Source: Octopus bimaculoides (Eukaryota). Taken from it: a stretch of DNA of 64,000 nt. Made by a program: the position numbers and the translations under genes. The notes below the pieces were generated by a model, which made no database searches, was not told the origin of the DNA, and saw nothing but the letters and a program-made list of their open reading frames with translations. The stretch covers positions 19,539,582 to 19,603,581 of the forward strand of contig NC_069004.1 of assembly GCF_001194135.2 (NCBI RefSeq), read 5' to 3'. This document shows positions 36,331 to 50,079 of this stretch, in pieces. Position 1 is the first letter of the stretch; every line of letters starts with the position of its first letter.

Positions 36331-38693
36331 ATTTAGAAGTGATTTGAAGCTGATATTGGGTATCTCGCTAAAGAAGGTTCTTATATAAAATTATTTCAGT
36401 TGAAATATGAACGCTTTATAACAAATGTATTTTGTATCATAAAACAGGAATTGTTTGTGGCAAGGCGGTAGCAATGAAAGGGTTAAATTATAATCTAGCA
36501 GTTGGCATGGGAATTTTGAAGTCTTTATGAAATGCCTTTCAAGTTTTAATTTTCCTATTGTGGGAGTGGAATGAACCTGAACTAAAGGAGCAGCTAAATG
36601 TTGGCGAGTGGGGGAGAAGGATTGTTTGTACAATAAGTAAAGAAATATTTAAATTGCTATGCAGTGAACAGAAGTGGGAATTTTCCTGGTAGCATTTCGC
36701 ACTGATTTATATATTTTCAATGTGTGGTCAGTACCACAAAGTGAAGGCTTTCAGTGAATTGAGATGACGATCTAATTTTAATTCTCATTTGTAACTAATT
36801 ATCTGATTTCGTTTACATTACCCATGTCCCTGGGGAAAGGCATGAATATCACAGCCCTCGTGCCATTCTCGCAGCAAGTTGTTTAGTCTGATCATTGTTT
36901 CAGTCATTAGATGCTTTTAGTATAAATTACTTAAAATGTTGGTTTCAAATTTTGTCACAAGGCCAGCAATTTTGAGGGAGGGGTAAGTCTATGACACTGA
37001 CCCCACTGCTCAGCTGGTACTTATTTTATTGGCCCTGAAGGTTAAAAGGCAAAATTGACCATAGCAGAATTTGAACTCAGAACGTGAAGTTGGATGACAT
37101 ACTGCCAGGCACGCTAATGATTCTGCCAACTTGACTGAAGTTTATTTATTGCAGCAAGAAAGAGTGGGGGTGTGGTAAGAAGTTTGCTTCTCATCCACAT
37201 GATACTGGGTTCAGTGCTACTGAGTGGTACCTTGGGTAAATGTCTTCTACTACAACCCTGGGCCAACCAAACCCTTGTGAGTGGATTCGGTTTATGTGAA
37301 CTCAAACAAGCCTGTCGTGTGTATGTGTTTGTGTTTTTGTCTGTCCCATACCACTACTTGACAACCAGTATTGGTGTGTTACACCTCATAACTTAACAGT
37401 TTGGCAAAAGAGAATGATAAAATAAGTACTGTAGTTGATCTATTCGACTAAGAAAATTCTTCAGGATGGTGTCCCAACATGGTCAGAGTCTAATGACTGA
37501 AGCAATTAAAAGAGTTACATATTATGGGGCAATAAGATTTTGATAATCAAAACTACTATTTATCTTTGGTGCTCATTTTCTTCTAAATTTGTAACCACCC
37601 CAAAAGTACAGTAACTGCTGTTTAATTTCTAAGCAAAAATTCTATAATCTTATATTTTAGTTAACATTTCAATGTTTTCTTGTACCCCTCATCCCCGCTC
37701 AACCCCTTCCACCCTAAATCCCCCCCCCCAATTTCATGATATATTCCATGCTTTGCTCTAATTAATATTAATAAATCGTTTGTAATTTCATACCCCTTGT
37801 CATTGTAGTGGTTCACAATGGAGCTGATACATTACTACTTTTGGACTTACATCCTGCCTGAAAAAAAAAATCTAGTTTGCTAATTTAGTGAGTTAATCGC
37901 TTTCTCTTTACAAATACCTGAAGCTCTGAAGTTACCTTCTCTTTCTTTTCTCATCATCTATATTTTTCTTCCCTTTCAGTTTCTTTCTCTTTTTCTCTCT
38001 TTTTTTTTGTCTCTCCATCTTCCAGTCCATTCACTTGATTTGCACAGATGGTCTCATCACTGGATTTTCTCTTGACAAGCTTTCTTTTAATTATTTCCAT
38101 TATTTTATTTTTCCATTTATTTTACTTCTATATAAACTCTGTAGTTTCCAAATGTTTGTAGTAACTCTATTTTTAGTACACAATTTTCTCCAGTGGCATC
38201 TTGATTCTTTTCCCTGTTTTGAAGACCTGTTGCTTGTCAGTAGATGTAGTTTTTTTCTTCTCTTTTTGTATGCAGAGACTTCAAGATAAATGAAGCAGGT
38301 TGGGTTGGGTTGGGTGAGAGAGAACTAAATTTGTGACGAAAATGACTTTTTCTTTTCGAGTGTTTCCCAGAGTCACCATGTAATGTAGAAAACTGTCAAT
38401 GAAAGTCTCTGTTATTGAATAACTCATCATCAGTCGGTCATTTGTCCATTTAGTTGATTTGAGAGGGGGAGGAGGTGGTGGCGGTGAAGTGTGTGTGTGT
38501 GTGTGTGTGTGTGTCTGATGAAAGGAAAATGTGTGGTTTTAGTTTTGAAACTGAGTTTGTAGTAGTAGTAGTGTGTACTTTTGTGGGAATTGCTTGCAGT
38601 GATGTATTGTTGCTATTGGTATGGAAAGAAAGGTTGGGGACAAAAAATTTAGTTGGCACTTTAATTGTATCACAGATCTTCATATTATTTTAA

Positions 38694-39267
38694 CCTTTTA
38701 GCGTTTAAGCTGGCCATATCTAGCCAAAATATTTTACCTGTTTTATGTTTAAACTGGTTAGATCTGGTTTCTCACACCAACCCTATATCATTCTGAAAAA
38801 TTAACAGTTACCTCATCAAAATGTCAAAGCTACAAGATAATGCATGATTAATTCAAAACAATCTGAATGAAAAAGTATTGCTTTTGACAGGTGAAGGTGC
38901 ATGGCTCAGTGGTTAGAGTATCGGACTCACAAGCATGAGCTTGTGAGTTCAGTTCTTGGACTGGGTTGTGTTCTTGAATAAGACACTTTATTTCACATTG
39001 CTCCAGTTCACTCAGCTGTAGAAATGAGTTGTGATGTCACTGGTGCCAAGCTGTATCAGCCTTTGCCTATCCTTTGGATAACATCGGTGACATGGAGAGG
39101 GGAGGCTGGTATGCCTGGGCAAACTGCTGGTCTTCATAAACAACCTTGCCTGGACTTGTGCCTCAGAGGGTGACTGCCTAGGTGCAATCTCATGGTCACT
39201 CATGACCAAAGGAGGTTTTTTACCCATTTTTTCCCCCTTTTGACAGAATAATGTGAATGCTGAAGGG
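38694..39267 (+). mobile_element. piggyBac-like MITE A containing a family-3 SINE (38891-39237) with 9-bp TSD
   Basis: TTAA at 38690-38693 and 39268-39271. TTTTGACAG is duplicated at 38882-38890 and 39238-39246. Confidence 0.88.
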
Positions 39268-39974
39268 TTAAATGCTGAACAACAGAGTCAACAGACCAAA
39301 CACTTTATGAGTGCAATTGCAATGTTTGTGTAGAATTACTTTATGTTATATAAAAATACTAAGGTGCCGAGCTGGCAGAATCGTAAGCACTCTGGCAAGA
39401 TGCTCAGCGGCATTTTGTTCGTCTTCAGGTTTTGCGTTGAGATGCCACTATGGGTCGATAAAATGTGTACCAGTCAAGAATTGAGGTCAATGTTATCAAC
39501 TTACTCCTCTGGCCTTCTGCCAAAATTTGAAATCATGAGTTTGGTTGTATATGTGTATGTCTTTGTGTTTGTCCCTCACTAATGCTTGACAACCGATGTT
39601 GGTTTGTTTACATCCCTGTAACTTAGTGATCCAGTGTAAGAGACTGATAGAGTAAGTACCAGGCTTTTAAAACTTTAGCATTTAATCTGACCAAAATATT
39701 CTCCCTGTTTTATGATCAAACTGGCCAGATCTGGTCAAACACTGGACAAAAAGCTTAGCAGCATTTCTTTTGGCTTTATGTCTTGAGTTCGAATGCTGCC
39801 AAAGTCAACTTTGCCACTCATCCTTTTGGGACCAATAAAATAAATACCAATTGAGCAGTACTGGAGTTGATTAATCCCCCAAAGTTTAGGTCTTGTGCTT
39901 ATAGTAGAAACAGTTATATAATTGGATTGAAATGCATTTACACACCTATATATGTACTGTTTATCTTCTATCTT

Positions 39975-40530
39975 TTACCTGTTTCAGTCATTGGACTGCG
40001 ACCATTCCGGGATACTGACTTACAGGGTTTTTATTCAGACAAATCTATCCCAGTACTTATTTTAACCCTTTACCATTCAGATTACTCTGTCAAATGTAAT
40101 GTTTATTTATTCAAATTGTTTTGAATTAATCATATAGATATAAGATTTCAATGAAGAGAGTGTTTACTTTTTAGAATGACATTGTATGATAGGTGTAAAA
40201 GACCAGACCTGGTCAGCTTGAACATAAAACAGGTAGAATATTTTGGCAAGATTAAATGCTAAAGTTTTAAAATCCCGGTACTTATTCTACCTGTCTCTTA
40301 CACCAAATCATTAAGTTACCAGGGCATAAACAAACCGACATCGGTTGTCAGGTGGCAATGGGGACAAACACACATACATATACAACCGCCCTCTTTCTGT
40401 TTGTGTCTACCAAATCTACTCACGGGCCTTTGATGAGCTTGGGACTATAATAGAAGACACTCGCCCAAGGTACCATGCAGTGGCTCTGAAACTGGAACCA
40501 TATGGTTGGGAAGCAAACTTCTTAAAACCC
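39975..40530 (-). mobile_element. old family-1 SINE interrupted by MITE A (40066-40266) at a TTAA
   Basis: The SINE tail is split as CTTATT-TTAA[CCCTTTACCATTCAG...AAATGCTAAAGTT]TTAA-AATCCCGGTACTTATTC. Confidence 0.8.
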
Positions 40531-41552
40531 ACCCACCCAGCTACACTTGTACCTATTGTCGAGTTATCTTATAAATCTCACTTCCTTTCTCTTTCTCTCT
40601 GTCTAGAAATAAAAAAAAATTAAATATTAAATTAGAGTAGTTAATTTTAGTTAATTAACTTGCCATTTTTCAAGTTACATGTCATACTTAAAAAGCATTT
40701 ATTTCTATTGTATTGTATTTCAGTTGCAGCACATATCTATCTATTTTATGTCTCCACAGAAAAGCTGGTCAACACAAATATATTTTTGTCTAATTTCCTA
40801 GCCATCTGTTTGTAATACTTTATAAGGATTCTGTAACTGTTATTAAATTAGATGTACAACTTCTCATATTTGGAGTTTAATTGTGCCTTTTAGTAGTAGT
40901 GATCTTAGTTAACAATTAGATAAATTACCAAATGCTTGCAGGGATTTTGAAAACTGACAAAGAAACGTGTTTATTTTTGGAATATGGAAACTATACTCTT
41001 GAACTCTTTATATTTATAACAAAGAAATAAAAAGGATTTCAAATCATCAGACTCTGTGTGTATGTATTTGTGTATGCCCACATATATACACTTGATTTTT
41101 ATTTTACACACGAATAGACGCGTATATTTATCTATCTGCCTTAAGTTTGTTTTTATGTTCAGATGTAATAAAAACAATTTTACATTATCTGATAGGCTAC
41201 CCTATACTCTTGTAGAGTACAAATTTATTATTCTTATGCAAAAATGTTGTTGACAGTAACTTTGAAGTTTCAGCCAGCTGGCTGAAAGATCAAAGTTTTT
41301 GCCAACAACATTCTTGTATAAGAATAACACACAAACACACACAAGATTATAAATTAAAAACAGCTCCAGTTATGTAAATATTATCCACCATAGATACATA
41401 GTGCATGTGTTTTGTTTAAATGCTCATTTACTGCAGGGTGACATTCAGGGAAAATTCCCTTCATGGTGCATGTAACAAGCTTCTCTTTGATGCTATCCTG
41501 CACCAAATGGATGTTTCAACAAAACACATACATTATACTTATGCAACCAATA

Positions 41553-41602
<50 letters not shown>

Positions 41603-41718
41603 TAAAACAGTAGGGTAAAAAATTGGATATTAATTAATATCAATTTAATACCAGGGAACAAGCACATTAAAAGAATCAAGGAGATTCAGAAAAAATATCA
41701 GATCTCAAAGGATTATTG

Positions 41719-41911
41719 TATATGTATATATAAAGGAGACCACTAGGTGGACTGTTAATGTGCTAGAAGATCACATGTAATGTGTCTATTAAGACCGAAT
41801 TGTTCGCTAAATTTTATTTGAGAACAATTCGGTCTTAGCAGACGCATTACATGTGATCTTCTTCTAGTACATTAACAGTCTACTTAGTGGTCTCCTTTAT
41901 ATATACATATA
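41719..41911. repeat. about 190-bp imperfect hairpin (about 87-bp arms, 16-nt loop) in an element flanked by (TA)n
   Basis: AAGGAGACCACTAGGTGGACTGTTAATGTGCTAGAAGATCACATGTAATGTGTCTATTAAGACCGAATTGTTC pairs with GAACAATTCGGTCTTAGCAGACGCATTACATGTGATCTTCTTCTAGTACATTAACAGTCTACTTAGTGGTCTCCTT. Confidence 0.95.
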
Positions 41912-42249
41912 TATATAGTAAAATCGACAAATAGAATACAGTGAACTACCAATAGGGAGAGGAAAATTCAATGTTTTCTCTGAAAAGGGCTTTGTCTGAA
42001 ATGGTGGACACATCCTTCCATCTGCTAGTTCACTGTGCTCTTATCAATTTTACTAAATAATACAAGCTTTGCCGATGCAGACCAACACCAGTCTCTTTGG
42101 TGTCTGTTAGGTCATATATAAATTAGTACCATCATCATTTAATGTCCATTTTCCATGCTAGCATGGGTTGGACAGCTTAATAAAAGCTGGCAAAGCCAGG
42201 GGCTGCACCAGGTTCCATAGCCTGTTTTTGGCTTGGTATTTACATGTTG

Positions 42250-43600
42250 CACCAAATGCTTAGTGGCATTCCTTCCTGCTCTTTATGGTCTGAGTTCAAA
42301 TTACACCGAGGTCAATAAAATAAGTACTAGTTGAGCACTGAAGTCAATGTAATCAAGTAGCATTTTCCCCTGAAAAATTTCAGGCCTTGTGCCTATCGTT
42401 GAAAAGATTGTCGTTGTTATTATTTCATCTGAAGGCGGCGAGCTGGCAGAAACATTAGCATGCTGGGCGAAATGCTTAGTGGTATTTCGTCTGTCTTTAT
42501 GTTCTGAGTTCAAATTCCGTCGAGGTCAACTTTGTCTTTCATCCTTTTGGGGTACTGGGGTTGATCTAATCAACTGGCCTCCTCCCCCACAATTTTGGGC
42601 CTTGTACCTAGAATAGAAAAGACTATTATTATTTCATCTGTCTTTATGTTCTGAGTTCAAATTCTGCAGAGGTCGACTTTACCTTTCATCCTTTCGGGGT
42701 CTGTAAAATAAGTACCAGCTGAAATTGTTGTGTTGTGCCAAAATTTGAAATAATAATAATAATAATAATAATAATTATTATTATTATTATTATATGGAGG
42801 TTGATAAAAATAAGTTCCAGTTGAGCACTGGAATTGATATAATTGGCTAACTCCCTCCTCCTAAAATTGCTGGCCTTGTGCCAAAATTATTATTCTTATT
42901 ATAAATAAATAGAGTATCTGGCAGAATCATTAACATGCTGGGCCAAATGCTTAGAACATGGAAGACATGCGAAATGCTGCTGAAGTTGACTTTTGCATTT
43001 TTTTGTGCATTCAGGGAAATAAGTACCAGTCAAACATTGGGGTCCATGTAATCGATTTCCCTTTCCTTTTAAAAACTGCTGTCCCTGTGCCAAATTTGTA
43101 CACTCTAAGTGTTAATCCAGCTGAGGTTGACTTTGCCTTTCATCCTTTCGGGGTCGATGAATTATGTACCAGTGTGCAACACCGGGGTTGATGTAATCGA
43201 CAAGTCCCCTCCCCCCAAATTTGAGGCCCTGTGCCTCCACTCGATAGGATTATTATTACTATGTGGTTCAAAAGGCAGAGAGCAAAGTGCCTTGTAGTAT
43301 TTGATCTGGGTGTTTTAATACTTTGTGTTCAAATTCCATCAAGATCAATCTTTTGGATCAGTATTGACAAAACCACTCCCCTCAAAGTTGCTGGCTTTGT
43401 GCCTAAATCAGAACGATAGTTTGTCATATCCCTTGTGTTTCTGAGTTTAAACCTTGTATTGAGTGACTTTGGCTTTTTGTTCATGTGGTGGGGTTGATAA
43501 TATCAATACTACTTAATTATTAACAACACCCTCTCCTACACCAAAAAAAATTTGTGACTTTGTGCTTCAATTAGACATTATTATGATAGTAGAGTGGTTA
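42250..43600 (+). mobile_element. head-to-tail array of about 8 family-2 SINE copies/fragments with (ATT)n/(AAT)n spacers
   Basis: Recurrent GAGTTCAAATT...GACTTTGCCTTTCATCC...GGCCTTGTGCC units of unequal divergence. Confidence 0.88.
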
Positions 43601-44263
43601 GCCTTCTGGTATTTACCTTCTAGGGGATCAGCTTTGATTTTCCTACTAGGCTTGATTTTATCAACAGTGCTTCTTTCTTCGCCAATTTTTTTGCCTTGTG
43701 CTCTTGTAAAGCATTAATCATTATCTTTATTATTATGTCTGTATATATTTACACACGTGTTCATTGCGAGCGATTGAGTTATGTAAATCTAATGGCCATA
43801 TGTCTGTAATAAAATAAATTAGGCAAGATCTAATTATCTATTATTTTAAAAGCGATTTATTTTATGGAATAGATGTCTAGTTAATAACCTCCGTCTTAAT
43901 CTCCTAGAAACGGTCTCTTCCAGACAGCAGTACTTCAGTGACTTAACAGGGGAGGAGGAGGAGGAGGAGGAGAAGAAGAAACAAAGCCAAAACTACCTTG
44001 AATGAATGAATGAACGAACAATCAATATAAGGGTGAACTGAGTGAGAATTTTAACACGTTTCTATTTAGAAACCAAAGTCGAATTTGTGTTCAATACACA
44101 AGCATACACATGCAAACACTCACACAGAAGCACTCGCATACATAGTCGCTCAGTTCAGAGCTTAAATTCACACTATTTGAATGGTTGAATAAGTAGATGT
44201 ATTAATGTTCCGCAAAGAGTTGAGTGAAGAAAAAATATAAATATATTCGTCATACAATTTTGT

Positions 44264-44320
<57 letters not shown>

Positions 44321-45299
44321 TGCGTGCGCGTGCGTGCGTGCGTGCGTGCGTGTGTGTGTGTGCATAATATAGTAGTTAAATACAATTTGTGTATATAGTT
44401 AAATACAGAGAGTATTAGATAGTATCTTACTTCAGGAATAATGTTGTTTGTGTATGTGTGTGTATTTATGTGTATGTATGTGTGTGNNNNNNNNNNTATA
44501 TATATATATATATATATATATTTATTTATATGTATTTGTGTATGTATGTGTGTGTATATGTATGTGTTTTTGTGTATATATGTGTGTGTGTGTCTATATA
44601 TTGTATATATAATGTATATATGTATGTGTGTGTATATATATATAATATTTATGTATGTGTATTTCTATGTACCTGCATATGTATGTGTGCGTGTGTATAT
44701 GTATATATATGTATCTGTGTGTGTGTGTATGTATATAAATACACCCACCCACACATGGTTGTGTAGTTAACTTCCCAGTCACATGACTTTAGGTTCAGTT
44801 GCATTGCATGCCACATTTGACATTTGGCTTCTATAAACTTGGGCCGAGTGAAACCTTGTGAATGGATTTAGAGAAACTGAAAGAAAGACCGTGTGTGTGT
44901 GTCTTGATACTGCATGATAGTTGTAAATGAGTGCCACTGTCAAACAAGTGGTGTCATTTGTTCGCCAGTCTTCTGAAAACTAGCTGGGTCATAGGGAAAT
45001 ATTACTTTACCTGGAAACAAAGATTGGTCAACTGGAAGGGGGCATCAGCTGTGAAAGTTCTACCTCAGTGAATTGTGTCTAACCAATGCAAACATGGAAA
45101 AGTGCTTGTTAAATCGATGCTGGTGCTTTATACAGACACACATATATTTATATACGTTTTAAGCCAGTTCATTTGGGGAAGGGGCTACTCTTTTACATCA
45201 CTTACCATTGGGCTTAGCACTTTCAACCATGTCTGATATGCAAATCTGCTGGCTCTACCTGTCTCTCATCTCTTCGAATTTTAGCTTCCAATAAAATCA

Positions 45300-45860
45300 C
45301 ATCATCACAGTATCTGTTGAAGGGACTCTTTCTGAACCACTCCCAATCGATTCTGGTGTACCCCAGGGTTCAATTTTGTTCCCATTCTCTTCCTTCATCT
45401 ATGATTTATTTGCTTTCATGTCTAGTAATGCTTGTTCATATGCAGATGGCATCACTTTTCAGTTCTCTGGGACCTTTCCCAACCATCTTTCATTCACATG
45501 CAGCCATAGCACAATATGCCAAACTTTCACCTTTTCTATGAACGGTGGGCCTTGAAAGCATCCTTCAGTTGGGCTTTGCTAATCTTGTCACTGCTCTTAT
45601 GCAGATGACATCAAGTCCTCTGTGACCTTTCCTAACAATCTAACGTCCACATGCAGCCCCAACACAACATATCAAACTTGCACTGAATCCATGATCAAGG
45701 ACCTCAAAAGTATCCTCCTGTTGGGCCTTGTTAATCTTGTGACTTTCAATATAAGTACACTCTTCGTATCAAGAGAACACCTAAGCTTGAGTCAAGAGTC
45801 TAAAAGTTAGGCCACACTACCACCTAAGATCTCTTCTAGTGAAAGCAGATCCTTGACTGG
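45300..45860 (+). mobile_element. CR1/Jockey-like LINE reverse-transcriptase remnant with a tandemly duplicated YADD block
   Basis: Frame 1 reads VSVEGTLSEPLPIDSGVPQGSILFP...CSYADGI (45439), then a second CSYADDI (45598)...DLKSILLLGLVNLVTFN. Stops are present. Confidence 0.85.
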
Positions 45861-46189
45861 GACTGATTCTCAAAGACATGAAAATAATCTCTTTCAGACA
45901 ACTACTGATACGCTACAAAGCTCAGCTGTGGAACGCAGTGTAGTATTGCTCCCACATCCTGGGACAGTGCTGTTACTGCGCACATAAGGATCCCAGATAA
46001 CATTCATAGAAATACCATTTAATTTGCTTGCTTCATGCTCTTGCTTAATGAGGCTGGGGTCATTCCAGGTTAGTTTTCCCAGAGATGTCATCATGCATAG
46101 AGCTGACCAGGTCCACCTGTCAATCAATCCCAGCCAAACCATCACTGCGGACATGTGGCAACGAACAACACTTGCAGACTTGATCCTGT

Positions 46190-46490
46190 CACTCCATGAT
46201 GAAGTCAGTGTTGCTTTGAAGAAGCTCAACAACCACAAATCCCCTTTAATGTGCACTATCACTGGAGGTGTTGGAGGCAGGTGGAGACAACATGATCCAG
46301 TGGCTCACTTGTATCATCAGGCATGCATGAGTATCAGAGCGACTTCCAAATGACTGTACCCGGGGTATCATCCTCTCTTCCGGGAAACAGAAGGGCGACA
46401 AACTCATCTGCAACAACCACAGGGGTATCACCCTCCTCTCCATCTTGGGCAAACTCTTCACCAGCATCCTTGTAAGCTGTGCCACTCAAC
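46190..46490 (+). mobile_element. RTE-like LINE remnant, N-terminal part of the RT region
   Basis: EVSVALKKLNNHKSP, then after a frameshift LEAGGDNMIQWLTCII..*..PNDCTRGII...KGDKLICNNHRGITLLSILGKLFTSIL, matching the KGD...C.NYRGI.LLS..GK motif. Confidence 0.85.
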
Positions 46491-46829
46491 TGGTTGACAT
46501 AAAATCATTCACAGATACATCCCTGCCTCAGACCCACAAAAATGCTGTCTGTGATGTGTAGCTATGTATTATTATCATCATCAGTTTTAACTCTGTAACT
46601 AGTTCCAGTTTCAGAGCTGTGGCCATGCTGGGGCACCACCATTAGCTTTACTACACCTTCACTATTTGAAACTGCCTCTGATATGTGGAATTTGGTGAAT
46701 GAGGGAGTTTCATGCTGCTGCCACCTTCATCTGCATTTCCTGAGGTAGGCTCATCTGGAATCCTTGAGAGGAAGAAATCCAGTTTTGTTTTGAAGACACC
46801 TACATCCACACCATCATCATCATCTTCGT

Positions 46830-47010
46830 TTAATTCGGCTCAAATATTCTACCCGTTTTGCGTTCAAACTGACTAGATCAGGCCTCTCAGAACTACCCTG
46901 CAATGTCTTTCTAAAATCTGAAAGCTGTGAGACTGAAGCAGGATTAATTCAAAACAATTTGAATGAATAAACATTATATGTGATGGAGTAATCTGAATGC
47001 TAAAGAGTTA
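46830..47010 (+). mobile_element. MITE A, decayed (others: 28950-29115 -, 51380-51515 -, 57640-57850 +, 59060-59245 -)
   Basis: AATATTCTACCCGTTTTGCGTTCAAACTG...AATCTGAATGCTAAAGAGTTAA. Confidence 0.7.
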
Positions 47011-47465
47011 ACAGTGTTTGATGGATCCAAGGAGTGCATTGTTGCTGCAGTATCTGCTTTGATACTGGTTTTATGGGCTGAATGCCCTTCCTAATACCAA
47101 CCACTTCACACCTTGGATCGGGTGGCCTTGATATGTCACCTGCACTATTGAGGTCACTGTACAGTTTGCAGGGTGCTAAGGGACAAGGGGGTTACTATGA
47201 AAAGGTTTTTTTTTTTTTAGGGAGATCTGCATAGCTATGCACATCCAGTAAGGGAAAGTGAGGGAGAGAGAAAGCGGAAAAGATCAGTAGGGGCTGAAAG
47301 AGAATAATGGTGGTGAGGTACCTGGGTGCATCCCTCCCCCCAATTTTATATAATTAGTATATGAAATTTATAAATATCATGCACACATATACATATACAT
47401 CGCAACCACCAGCATCATTTTATGTAGATATATATGCGTTATGTGTGTTTATATGTATGTATGTA

Positions 47466-47497
<32 letters not shown>

Positions 47498-48198
47498 TGT
47501 GTGTGTGTGTGCATATATATATATATATGTATGCATGTGTGTGTATATTGTGTGTGTGTGTGTGTATTTAAAGAAAAATTTTTAAAAGCATTTCCAAATG
47601 ATAAAAAAAAGAATGAAGCAAAAGAAGAATGCAAAGACAAAGGAAGTATATGATGAAAAAGTGTCTCTCACCAGCCTTCCATAGAATGTTATCTTTTTGG
47701 TTACTGTGTTTCCCTTCTCTAGTTATCTAGTGAGGTTTCCATGGAAATGGAGAGATTCAGAGATTCAGTAGTCTTGGAAGGTCAAACTAGTAGGTGAGGT
47801 CAGGAAGGTGCTTCACACATTCTGAACACTGTGAGGCATGAATGGCCAGGAGCTGAGGAAGAAACATTTGCGATGGTGGTGGTGGCGGTGGCGACGGCAG
47901 GATGGAGAGCCGGTGGGGATGTGGATTGTAGATTGGAAGGTGATGGTGCTGGTGGGAGCATATGTCCTTTTGTGTATGAAATGGAGATGGTGGATGTAAG
48001 AGAGAAATGTAGTCGACTATGCATTATGTGTATGCACATGCACACACACACACATGGCTGTTTTCTTGGTTGCATCCTTCTTATNNNNNNNNNNNNNNNN
48101 NNNNNNNNNNNNNNNNNNNNNNNNNNNNNNNNNNNNNNNNNNNNNNNNNNNNNNNNNNNNNNNNNNNNNNNNNNNNNNNNNNNNNNNNNNNNNNNNNN

Positions 48199-48235
<37 letters not shown>

Positions 48236-49403
48236 CATACATACATACATGTATATGCATGTATATTGTATGCGTATATGCATGTATATTTTATGTATAT
48301 GTGTGTATATATATGCATGTAAATTGTGTGTATATATGTATACGCATGTATATTGTATATGTGTGTACACACAAGCACACACATGCTTGTATGTTGTATG
48401 TATGTATATTGCATATGTGTGTTGTGTGTATTATATATATGTATATACTTCACATATTCAGATGCACATTGCATCCAGATATATGCGCACACATAAAAGT
48501 ACATTCATAGGTGCATAATCTATAGATATTCATGCACGCATGCATGCACACACACACACACAGAAACACATAGAATTCTATTACAGTATGTTATTGGCGT
48601 CTGATATATAAATGATTGGTTGAGCATTTACTCTCCTCTTTTGCTTGCTGTTAAGACAAACATAAAGAGATACACCTAGATAATAAAAGTTGCAATAAGG
48701 GATTCATTCACTTAGAATTCAAGGTATTTATATTTATGAAATATAGAATTTGGTGTCAACTTGATATTACTTGCTTGATGGAAATATGTTTGATAAAGGT
48801 GGGTGGTGTTAAATTTAGGTTCTATGGCTAGGGGTGTTTTTTTTTTAATGTTTTGTTATTACTGAAGTGTTCATGTCAAATGTTGTCTTCTATCTTCTAT
48901 TCATCATCATCGTCATCATCCCCATTAATCTTATCATCATTCATCAGTCATTAACACTATTCATTATTACAATCATCCCCACCAACATTATCATTACTAT
49001 TACTACTACTACCATCACCACCATAACCACCACTACCAACTCCAACATAAACAGCATCATCATCTTTCTCAGGAGGGAGTGATTTGAAGATAGGTGTAAG
49101 AGAGAGAAAACATTTTTTTAAATGGGAAACAAAGAAAAGAATCGGTCCTTTTTTTCTTAATCCTTCATTTGTAATATTTTACACACACACACACACAAAG
49201 ATGTATGTAGATAGAAAAATGATGAAATCATAATGAATATTTTATTGCTAATAATTATTTCTGCAAAGAGGCAGAATTTCTATATTTAGTGGCTATTGTT
49301 GTCATAGCTTATTATCATTTTCTTGTTAATTAGTATTAATTATGTCCACTGTGGAAAGTGGCCATAGCTTAGAATAAGAGGCAGGCTCCTGGCAAGCTAC
49401 GTC

Positions 49404-49448
<45 letters not shown>

Positions 49449-50037
49449 GTTATGTGTTGTCTGACCCCGTTTTTTTCAGTTACAGGTCAAATCCATTACA
49501 CTACATTTCTGTGCCAACTGACACAGGTGAAGGAAGGAAAGGCATGAAAGCCTCAACATCACATTTCTTTTTTTTCTTCTTTTTTTTTTATAACCCTCCG
49601 TGGAAATTTTAGAGGGAAGAGGCCTGTGTACTTAGTGAGAGAGAAAGAAATCAATAGTAATTAATGTCCACAGATTGATTAATATTTTCAACATTAAACA
49701 TTTCTGAACTCAGGCCATGTTGTAGAGAATTCATAATTAGGTGCTGGAAGATGGAAGAGCTGGGGAAGAAGAGGTGAGGCTGGAAGAGATGGGTGGGGTT
49801 TAACTGTAATATTTGTAATAGGTGTTTTGTTATTTAAATAAATAAGATGATCATTATTAATTTAATTTTTTATTTTTTAAAATGTGTTATTAGCTGGATA
49901 GTAAAGAAAACAGAAAAAGAAAGCAGACACTGACTGTATCATGTGTGGTAAGGTAACATTGGTTCACTACAAGTTTAGTAGGGAAGTAACAATTTTTTTT
50001 TCTTCTTTTAATTGAAATAATTAATCATGATTATCGA

Positions 50038-50079
<42 letters not shown>

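Noticed and set aside
43923-44005. Plus-strand peptide QQYFSDLTGEEEEEEKKKQSQNYLE* after TTCCAG
   Set aside because: Driven by a (GAG)n/(AAG)n repeat, with a short pyrimidine tract and no supporting upstream exon.
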